Shown piece by piece: positions 13,001 through 24,874 of a stretch of DNA of 64,000 nucleotides. Location of the stretch: contig NC_068981.1 in the NCBI RefSeq assembly GCF_001194135.2, positions 65,803,727 through 65,867,726 of the forward strand, given 5' to 3'. The notes beneath the pieces are model-generated. The model saw only the letters and a program-made list of their open reading frames with translations, did not search any database and had not been told where the DNA came from. A program made the translations under genes and the position numbers. The DNA is from Octopus bimaculoides. Taxonomy: Eukaryota. Numbering within the stretch: the first letter of the stretch is position 1; each line of letters opens with the position of its first letter.

Positions 13001-16000
13001 TACATATTTTGTCAGGCTGGGTAGGAAAAAGAAAATATAAAATGCTTTATAAACGCAACAAAGGAAACAGATATGAGAGAAAAATATATAACCTTAAAGA
13101 AGTGGAATAGTTGATTGACTCAAATCAGTATGTGATTTGTATTTATGCTATTAGTTCAGGAGAAAGGGAAATGATGGTTAATACTAACAGGATTTAAACT
13201 TAGAATATTGAGGAATAAAACTTTTGTTGTTGGCACTCCGTCGCTTACGACGTTGAGGGTTCCAGTTGATCCGATCAACAGAACAGCGTGCTCGTGAAAT
13301 TAACGTGCAAGTGGCTGAGCACTCCACAGACACGTGTACCCTTAACGTAGTTCTCGGGGAGATTCAGCGTGACAGTGTGATAAGGCTGACCTTTTGAATT
13401 ACAGGCACAACAGAAAGAGGAAGTAAGAGTGAGAGAAAGTTGTGATGAAAGAGTACAGCAGGGTTTGCCACCATCCCCTGCTGGAGCCTCGTGGAGCTTT
13501 AGGTGTTTTCGCTCAATAAACACTCAACGCCCAGTCTGGGAATTGAAACAGCGATCCTATGACCGCGAGTCCGCTGCCCTAACCACTGGGCCATTGCGCC
13601 TCCACAGGAATAAAACTAAATACTGCAAGACATTCACTGCCACTACATTAATGTTCTAATAGTAGTCTTACCTATAAATAATGATCTTTTGTATACTTGG
13701 CTAACTCAGTAAGATTTGAATTCAGAATATAGAATAAGAGAAGTACTAAAAGGTTTTAGTCCAGCAATACAATTTCTGCTACCCATCCACCATTAAAATA
13801 AATAAATTGAAAATAAAAACTGGTTCTAAGTAATATTGTAATGAATGATTTACCAGTATGGTAGGAGACAAAAATCATTAAATTCAACTTTTGCTGGCTT
13901 TTCAGCTGAAAATAACTCATCACCTCTGCTGCCTTTTCCTCAGAAAAGGGATTACGAAATCCTCAATAACCCTGTTTACTTAGCTATCAAAAAAGGTATA
14001 GCATGTGAAAGACAGCATCAAAATATTGCTTCAAATGATGCAGTGCATATACAAAGGGTTTCATAACCTTGCTCAGTCACATTCAAAATTTTCCCAGTGG
14101 TTATGATAGATGTTCCATGAGACATCTGTCTTTCAACTGATTAATGAATAAGGAAAAAAAAACCCCATCTCAGATAATCTCCACATTCAAAGATCTTCCA
14201 AGTAATGGTAGGGAATAATTAGCACAGCACCCATGACTTTCAGACACATTTTTCATGCTCAGAATTGCTGAAGCATGGAATAAACAACTCACATCAGTTG
14301 TTAGCTATGAGGACTCTACATCCTTCAAAACTTCCATGCTTCCTGAAATTCACCAATGCTACACCTTATGTTCCACCCAACTTCTTTTAATAACATTCAC
14401 TGGTCACTTTCCTGTCTTTATTTGTGCATTAATCAACTAACCTCCTTCCCCAACATTTCAGGCCTTGTACTTATAAAAAATTATTATTATAAAATATATT
14501 CAAATGACATCAACAATCCAAAACAAAACCAAGATGATTTCTGATAGTGTGGTCAGAATTGCTGACCACAAGTTTTCAGTTGTTTGAATAACTGAACTGC
14601 TCATTAGAATTAGTGTAAGTGGCTGAGTATTCTACAGACATGTGTACCTTTGATGTAATCTCGAGGCAAAGTCAGCTTGACACTGAGTAACAAAGCTGGA
14701 CATTTCAATTAAAGAACAGTTCTTGATGGGCTTGAACACAAATTCAATCAATCCAATTTCACTTCTAAAACTTAGATCAACCCAATAATCTGAAGCTGTA
14801 ATAAAAGACACTCACTCATGATGCCATGCAGTGGGCCCAAAACAAAGACCTTATGACTGCAAAGTGAACTTCTTAACCATTCAGTTATATTTGTATCTAC
14901 CATACTATCCATAGTATTTAATAACTAACTAACTATATAACAAGTCAACAGAGGTAAAACCAATTTGCCTAGTCCACAGTGTTAGTGAAAAGTAGTTTAA
15001 TCTCATAGAAATTGTGAGACCATCAAATACCAAAATGCAATAAATTTCAGCCTTATATCATATATGTTCTATTCCTTGTGGTTATGCTGGGACATCACCT
15101 TTAAGGGTTGTTTTAATTAATTGTATCAACCAATGTCTGGTATTTATTTATCAATCTCAAAGGATAACAAAAGGGAAGTCATCTGGTCGTAAAGGGAGTG
15201 GAGGTGGGGGGCAACCAAAACAGGAGTGAAATACCTAAAGGTATTTTTGTTTAATGGGCTTATTTTTTACCATTTTATTATCAGACTGAGCTTCTGCAGA
15301 GATTTTTTTCTACAAGATTTCACTGATAAGGCTTTAGTTGACATACAGACATTTTAGATGAAACTTGCTCAAGGCACCATATACTAGGACTGAATGAAGC
15401 ATCATGAGCTTTTTGAAGTGAACAAAACAACATGGTCATGTAAAATGATGCAGTTTTCTATATTTTTATCACTACTTTATAAAAATTAACAAGTTCAAAT
15501 TATCTTTATAAAATCAACTTACAGAGACAGTTGTAACATGGGTTGTTGTAGTAGATGCTTTTGTAGTACTAACAGATTCTGAACTGAATGCTTTGTGATC
15601 AAGAGCAAACCGACCCTTCTGGCAAAAATTCAGTGTGTGGCAGACACTTTTTGCATTCTGAAATTAATGAAAATATACAAGTAATTTTTCCCCTTGGCAA
15701 ATTATTAATAGCATGAATATGGACACACACACATAAATATTAGAATTGTGCATTTTGAATGAAACATTGAAATATAGCAGGTAAAATTAAATCATTTTAA
15801 AAAGTCAGCACAATGGAAATCAAAATTAAAACAATGAAAACATACTGTATTTTGGAGTATACAAGCTAAATCTTTTCAGACCAAATTTACAGGACAAAAA
15901 AGTTGACATACATCAGGACGAGGACCAAAAATTCCATGTGAAAAGCAATAAGATTTAAGAAGATGATGATTTTTGAATGGTTAAACTACATGTTTTCACT

Positions 16001-19000
16001 ATATATTATGTCAACTTATATGTTGGAGAATATAGTAAGACACAGCAACAGTTTATACATATTTCAATATTTTGGGGATGATAAAAATATAGGATGGCAA
16101 GGAGCTGGTATTTCTCTCCTACTCATATATATATATATANNNNNNNNNNNNNNNNNNNNNNNNNNNNNNNNNNNNNNNNNNNNNNNNNNNNNNNNNNNNN
16201 NNNNNNNNNNNNNNNNNNNNNNNNNNNNNNNNNNNNNNNNNNNNNNNNNNNNNNNNNNNNNNNNNNNNNNNNNNNNTATAAATAAAAGTTCCTTTAATTC
16301 GTACACATGTTTCAAAATATGTGTGGTCTACTCCAAAGAAGTAAGAGCTGCTGGAATTGCACATATATTCATCGTCAGGGAACCAACATATAAAAGCAAG
16401 ACAAATGCGAAATGAGGTAACTTACGAGTTAAAGGAACTTTTATTTATATGCGTTTTGCCTCATTTATTGTTATTATTCATATCTACTCAAAATGCATCA
16501 CTTCAACTTGGTATCTCTACCTATAAAACAGGTGTGATATCCTGGTTTTTTGTGTAATTTTTGCTACCCATGGTAACTATTAACATATTTACATTGTCAA
16601 AGGTTTTTTTAAACTGAGATAATATTAATATATACATAAACTTATATATATACATGCATGTGTGTGTGGTAAAGAAGAACAAATATCGATTGTACTCGTG
16701 TATGTTAATTTTGATTTTAAATGACTGAAGCTTTCAATTCCTTGCCTCATTCTCTTAACTGGAGAAAAGCAGTGAAGAGATAAAGAAAAAAATACTGATT
16801 GTATATAGTTCTTAAATGTTGTAAATGAACATAGACCAATTAGTTTCACGATCCCAGATTACATTGTCGTGACAAGCTCCAACCTGATCTTGATTGATTG
16901 TTGTCAATTGATTGAAAAAGTCATTTCTGATACATCTTAATTTTTGAAGAAGTTCATCATTGAGTTTATCATCCATTTCATTAGTCGGAACTAGTATAGC
17001 TGTTCCACATAGCCAGTTTACATCAGTGTAATTGACAGATAAATTAGGAAATACTTTATCCATAAGATCCCCAAGAGAAAGTATCATTTGACTGCATGGA
17101 AGTTTTGAGTCGAATGTTAATATCCCATAACAAATCTTAAGCCCGTATGATCACCTTGTAGAAGTACTCTGCAACTTTTGATCCTTTGGGGGATAACTGT
17201 TTTGATATGTAATTACACTGCAAACAATACTTCCATAATTTTTAACCAATACTCACATAAATATAACTACATATGGAAATGGAATACTGGAATTAGCAGA
17301 TGTATTTCAAGAGGAAACAGCTTGATTTTAACTACCTACATAATCTGTGTGTGTGTGTGTGTGTGTGTGTGTATACATATATTTATACCCACACACACAC
17401 ACACACCATTTAACAACCATGTTCCATGGGTTGGATGTCATGGTAAGATCAGACAGGTCTAAGAACTGCATTGTGCTCCACTGTCAACCACTTTACAGTG
17501 AGTACTGGGTGATTTTTTTTTTCATGTCACCACCTCTAGCGAGGTCACCATGCACCTTACAAGATTATGAAACCCAAGAGAGATAGCTTTACACTAGGAG
17601 ATGAGTTAAAGAATGAGGGAATGGACCAGAGCAGAATAGCTTTCTTGCTATAAGGGAGCTACATGGTTACATTTTAGAAGAGAGGGTGGTCAGAATGGAG
17701 CTGGGAGGATATACAAAAATAGCAGTTGTGTTGAGGTCTCTCAAGGTACAAGGTGAGTAAAAGGTTGTGGAAACAGAAGATCAGGTGGTTTGAGCAGGTA
17801 GAGGTTTCAAGTGTGTATGGGAGAATGAAGTATGGGGAATGGATTTGCTTGTTTATGTAACACTGCTTGGAATCAGTCTGTTGACTTTCTTTGTACATTA
17901 GTTCTTTGAAATTGAGAACTGATGAGTCCAATCCAACAACAATGATTAGAGTCCGTCATCTCACCTACAACTCAAGCCATCAGAGGAAAATTTTAATCAA
18001 TTCTTTGTTATACATACCATTCCAAGCTCTAGAAGCTTAAATAACTCAGGGAGATATTCAACAATATCGTTTTGGCACTATAAGAGATTAAAAAGAATAC
18101 ATTTTAAAAATTTATAAGTAAAAAAAAAGCTATAAAGAATCATAAAAGCATGCAAACACACCCACACACACAAAAAAAAAATCAAGCTACATTACTCTTT
18201 CACAACAATGGTACTTTGTTAAAACTAGCCTGAATTCTGAAATCAACCATCTCAGAATGAAGACAGGAAGGTCAAGAAGTCTTTTCCTGTTACATTTATT
18301 CTTCTCTAAGTGGTATACTATTAATGGGATGGTCACAACTTGAATGAAGAACTATCAGCAAAGCATGATCCATATTAATAAATATATTAGCCATCTTACA
18401 TCTCTGGTAGAATATTTAGGCTGGATATGACCAGTTTAAATGCTAAAGGGTTTAAAGAAGATTAAGATCAAACAAGCCACAGAACTGATGTCTATGAATT
18501 GTTATACTGCAAACAGATTAAAACAAAATCTTTCTAGATGTCTTTTTTTTCAAGCAATGATATTCTTAGAAATATTAAAATGAACAGAAACCTTACACAG
18601 AATTCCACTGATAAAACAATGATACAACACACTCTTCATTGTATGAAAAGAAGAATAATGAATTCAATACATAGGTTTATTCATTCATTTGAAGGAAAAA
18701 GAATTTGCTACAGTGACGAAATAAAGCATCACTTCCAAATGTGTATGTTTGTGTGAATGAATTTAAATCTTAACTGTTTATATTACACACACATTTTAGA
18801 TATATCTATTTTAATGTCTATTGTATCGGTTGGATGGAGTATATTGAGGTAGATTTCTATAGTCAGATGTTCTTGTTGCCAAAACTTAGTTTCCAAGTAA
18901 AGTAATATTTCTTCATGGCCAGACTTGTTTTTGCTTACTTGACAGTGAGACTCACTCTAGGCAATGTCAAGACAAGAGGACACATATATATATACTCACA

Positions 19001-20188
19001 AATTTCTTTCAGCTTCTGTCAACCAAATCTACTCACATGACTGATTGGCTTGGAGCTATAGTAGAAGACATACTCAAAGTGCCGTGCAGTGGGACTGAAT
19101 CCAAGACCATTGGTTGGAAGCATGCTCCTTAAGCACACAGCCATGCCTGCATCAATATATTACATGTGCATGGAAGCATGTTTATGCATATGTGTGAACA
19201 TGCTTCCTTGTCTTCACATTGCAGGATTGTTGTAAAATGGTGTCACTGTCATACAAGCAGTGTCATTCATTTCCAATATTCTGTGAAAACATATCTGGCC
19301 ATGAGGAAATATTTCTTTTTACATTTAGACACATATTATAAGTATGTGTCATGTAACTTGTGTAAAAGATGATAACTCCACTTCCTATTATAGTTATAAT
19401 GATGTTTAGGACAACAAAAACTTATGGTCTGAACGTTTCATTGATTTACTTATGAATTTATATTTGATTTTAAAAGAAAGGTGACAGTCTGTAATAGTTT
19501 TGATGAATTTTAATTGCAATTTAAAGTTATTTATATCTTGAGATTTCTTTGAAGATTTATGCCATTGTGTGACATTATTACACACTGTAATGTTTAGATT
19601 CTTCTGTAGACAAGTTCCTATGAATTCATACCTAAAGTAGTAGCTCTGATATAGTCTTCATCTAAATGGTTATTACATATGCCCTTTGTTCTTTTACTGG
19701 TCTTGTCTTTGGATTGCTCTTATTCTGGGATATCATCATCAAGAGTTATATTGACTCCAGTTTGTACTTTTTTTTTTCTTTTTGGTTTCATGTCTATAGC
19801 TGGATGCTCTTAGTAATGCGAGCCACTTTACAGAGTATGTTGGATGTATTTTATTGTGCTACCAACACTAATGAGGTTGTCATGTATTTGACAATCTTGA
19901 AAGGTCCTTAATTCTGTTATCTCAGTCAGGTTGTAGTGTTTGTGTGTGGGGGTGTGTATATGCATGTCTTTGTAAGTATATTTGCAAAAGTGTATGTATC
20001 AAGTGAGGGTTGGTGACAGGAAGGGCATCCAGTTGCAGAAAATCAACATCAATAAACTTCGTCTGACCCATGCAAACATGGGATGATGATGCAGTGCACA
20101 TTTGTTTCATTTAATTTTTTGTTTCCCCATGGTTTACAAGAAAATTGTGTGTGTGCATGCATGCTATATATATGTATGTATGTGTGTG

Positions 20189-20282
<94 letters not shown>

Positions 20283-23200
20283 TAAGAGGTAAACATCTAC
20301 ATCCTAAAATGATTGTAAACTACATCACATCCTATCAAATCCACTCTGTTGTGATGGGGAACTGATTCAATTAAGCAGAATGGCTCACACAATAAAATCT
20401 ACAAATCCATTATAGTATTCCAACAACTTTCAGCAGTAAGCTGTACCTGAATGCATGAATATGCACATACATGACAACCCAATAAGGAAACCTCTATGAG
20501 GTCGCCTGACCAGTTCAAATAGCAGCCAAATCTTGCTCCTCTAGATTACCTTCTGAAGGCATATGACCTAGTGGTTAGGCTGTTCTAATGACAGCCAGAT
20601 TATGGGTTTGATTCCCAAACTGGGCAGTGTATTGTGTTCTAGAGCACAACACTTCATTTCACATAACTCTAGCACTAAATGGAGACCAGTATATCAAAAA
20701 TAGATCCAATGTTTTCTGTTTGAGGTAAAAGGAAACTAAAAGAAACTGAGGTAGGAGTTGCACTATGACCTTATAAAATCCTCACCAGCAACAACTACCC
20801 AAACAAACCCATGGGTTGAGGATTGTCGTTTGAGTGGTGCAAAAGTGTCACCTGCCAGAAGGGAATCACCAACAAATGGTGGATGCAGCAATGTGCTGTT
20901 ATAGCACATGCCCCCATAGTACTACCATTTTATATCACATCCTACCATCTTAAATGAAGGACACACTGGATAGCAATCATAGGGACATCATCTCCCAAAA
21001 TAAGACAGGTTTTTGGTCAGAATGTCTCTGATCATAAATTTGCTCTATTAGGGCTATCTTGGGGCTAAATAACAAGAAAAAGGATTACACAGTACTGACA
21101 TAAAAATTCTTCAACTTATCAACTAACAGTGAGATACTCTCACAACTTAGACATCTGTCACCTCTCTGATAAACATACAAAACGTTTGTAGTAAACTCAC
21201 ATTTTTCTGGATTTCAGCACCCTTAAAGTAAGAGCACATTGCATCCATATAATATCCAATCTTTTCCTGAAAGAGAAAAATTAAAGCAATTATTAAAGAA
21301 TATTTATACATTAGCCAATCCAATGTATAACTTTATTTCAAAATCTTTTCTTTTGAATGTGTATGTGTGTGAGTATATTTGCATTCTAAAATAGGTGTGA
21401 TTATTGTTATTTGCTATATGAATACTTGTATTCTATTAAAACAATTATAGTTGATACCTACTGTACTTCTAAAAGATCAACTCTAAAACAGCAGCAGAAC
21501 ATATCAGTCAGAACGACTAAGGCAAGCACCATCATTGCGAGCCTTGCTTAGTTGGACAACAATGGCTTGAACAAGGCTTGAACTTATGACTATGAGGTTA
21601 TAAGTCCAGCTACATATTTAACTACATATCTAATGCTTCTGAGATTAAAATTAAAAAAAAAAAGAGACAATGAAGTAATTATTGTAGCAATTATAAAAAA
21701 AAATCATCAGCAACCCAGTATTCAGTCTAACACCAATATTGAGTGGGTTCAGATCACAACTAACTTTTGATCAACGTTTCTCTGAGCAAGTATCGTTCTC
21801 AAAAATGAGGCCTTTCTTTGACTGCCTGTCTTCACTCATACACTGCAAATGATCAAGCCAGTGTAACTGACAACATTTGACAACCTACACAATATCTAAA
21901 TAGACTAAGACAGTTTTATCTGTGTTTTTTTCCATTAATTTTTTTTAGTTGCATAGAGTAAAGCCATCTAATCATGGCATTTCCATTAGAGGTTTGTTAC
22001 TACATGGCAATGATAATGTGTTTACAACCCAGAGGGCTGAAGCTTGACTTTACAATTAGTAACATCAAATAGATGACAAATATGGGTTTTGCTTTGTGCC
22101 AATAGAACATCCTTTCATCTGTGATTAATAACATTCCCAGAATTACAGGAACCAAATCTCAATAGCTAAGTGAACTGAATAACAAACTGTCTTACCTAAG
22201 AAGCATGACAAAAAAGTTCTTTGTAGATGCAAACTCCCTTCATGATTTGGTAAGCCATGTCATAGTAGAAATGAAAGTATTACATATCTATTATCTAAGC
22301 ATTATTTTGACTAGAGAAAAAATATATATCAACTTCTTGAAAGCTGAGAGACAACATGAAGTCTGGTGGGATCCAAGTTTAAAATATTGAGCAATCTAAA
22401 TAACAAAGCATTTTACCATTTTTGTCATCTTACTGCACTATACAATGAATATATTAATAACAATTAATAATGTTAAATATAACGACAGACTTTTTTTTAG
22501 CAGGAATGGGAATGAGGTTTTTAATTCATACCATTTCAATCTTATTCTCCTTTAGTTTCTCAGCTCCAATAATGAAAGATTCACAAACGGAACAAGTTTC
22601 AGCCTGTTGACAGAAAAAAAAATGGAACTTAAGACATTTACCACAACAATTATTTAAATAACGATGCCCCACACCTATTTTTGTGCGGAGACTTATTCAG
22701 TGTTCACACTTCCTGTGTGTATTCTATGTACTGTTCCTGCAGTCTTGGTTATTTTTTCTGATGAGTTGTAGTGCATCTGAGCACTGTACACAATAAGATC
22801 ATTATTTTTAAAACTTTACATTGTACTTTACCAGTACTCCCTGATAGATAAGCACCACGGACTCGGCGATGCCGGTCGCATCACGGAATCGGCGACACCG
22901 GTCGCATCACGAACTCAACAACACCAGTCACATCACAAACTCTGTGGTATTGATCACATTATGCAGAAAAATTTATTAATACTTCATTTACTATACTAAT
23001 GTAACTTGTTACAAAAAAAAAAAATTATAATTTATAAATAAATGAAAATTCACCTACTTTCTCAGGAAACTTCAGTTTCCCCCAAACTGTAGCACAATGT
23101 TCGATGGCTCCACATTCTTTAGCTTTAGCTACATGACTGCACCAGTAAGCTGGCCCCCATGTGCAATGGTTCTGGCCAACTAATGTATAAGGTCGTTTAA

Positions 23201-24825
23201 CACTGCTGCCAAAAGCACACCCTACAAGAAGAGAAGAAAGAAAATAAGCAATGAAATATCATTATAACCAGTTGAGATTCTGTCTTGCAAGTCACTTGAT
23301 GACCCTGTCAGTGATGATGCCTCGTAAAAGCACCCAACACACTCTGTAAAGTGGTCAGCATTAAGAAGAGTAAGGCAAGCCAAAACAGACTATGGAACCT
23401 GATGCGGCCTCTGATCTTGTCAGTTACTGTCAAGCTGTTCAACTCATGCCAGCATGGAAAATAGACATTAAATGTTGGTGATGATGAATATAGGAGATAT
23501 AACTAAACAGGTAACTGACTGAGATTGCACAGATGACAAAATCACTGAGTTATGTATTTAACTGTGACTCCACTAATTAGGGTATCAAGTTCAAGTTTCA
23601 TACTACACAGAGTCTCTAATGTAAACAATTATAGTCTGAATTAAATATTTTTTTGCAAATTCTTTTACACACTTCATTTCAAAGTGCTTTTGTTCAGCAT
23701 GAGTTAATGCAATTCCAATGTGTGCTGAGCGTTATCTCTCTTGTATATCAACTACTACCTTTTTATTCTCAATGTTGTCATTTCACTGAAGCAGTTTGTT
23801 TTCTCTATTATGAAAGCTGAATAAGACAGCTGCACTGACGATATTTACACTGTACAAGAATCCAAGGATACTAAACTGAGAGATTTATAAGAATACATCA
23901 AGTCTAAGAAATTAAGAGAAATAATAAATTAAAAATCATTCAATGATGAATACTTATCTAAAAGCATCAATACAATAAAAAACTCTTCACATAATTCTTA
24001 TGGTAAGGAATTTGTATGTATATAAGATTATACATCCAACAGTCATTCTAATACTAAATTTAAGTTTCAAAAAAACTGGTATTAAGTTAGAAATGGCCTT
24101 GAATAATACCTAAGTCTACCTCATCAGAGGGATATGACAACTAAAAAAATAGAGCAAAAGCAAGATTTCAATTTTCTATTTGACAAAAATAGAAAAAAAA
24201 GTTAAATTTTTTTTGCATACAAGTCTGTCAGAAGGTGAATTATTTACTCATTTATGCAACTAAAAATAACAATGAAACTGCTAATTTAATTCATATGCTA
24301 AAGGGGAGTAAAATATTTACCCCTTCTTCAACCCTACAAACATTCAAAATATGTTTGTGTGCTGAAATTTCAGTTTATGTGAAAAACTTTCAGCATAATC
24401 ACATACATACATGTGTGTGTGTGTGTATACACACACACACATTGATGGTGGTGATGGTGATGATGGTGGTGATGGTGATGATGGTGGTGATGGTGATGAT
24501 GGTGGTGATGGTGATGATGGTGATGGTGACGACGACGACGACNNNNNNNNNNNNNNNNNNNNNNNNNNNNNNNNNNNNNNNNNNNNNNNNNNNNNNNNNN
24601 NNNNNNNNNNNNNNNNNNNNNNNNNNNNNNNNNNNNNNNNNNNNNNNNNNNNNNNNNNNNNNNNNNNNNNNNNNNNNNNNNNNNNNNNNNNNNNNNNNNN
24701 NNNNNNNNNNNNNNNNNNNNNNNNNNNNNNNNNNNNNNNNNNNNNNNNNNNNNNNNNNNNNNNNNNNNNNNNNNNNNNNNNNNNNNNNNNNNNNNNNNNN
24801 NNNNNNNNNNNNNNNNNNNNNNNNN

Positions 24826-24874
<49 letters not shown>

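Noticed and set aside
12233-13605. tRNA-like heads as genuine tRNA genes
   Set aside because: They continue into SINE bodies, recur many times and lack a complete cloverleaf.
13854-13905. 52-nt AG...GT segment in PSAP intron 6 (possible poison exon; would give an immediate GCC TGA stop)
   Set aside because: Frame-shifting, no saposin similarity and only moderate splice signals; such pairs are expected by chance in AT-rich introns.
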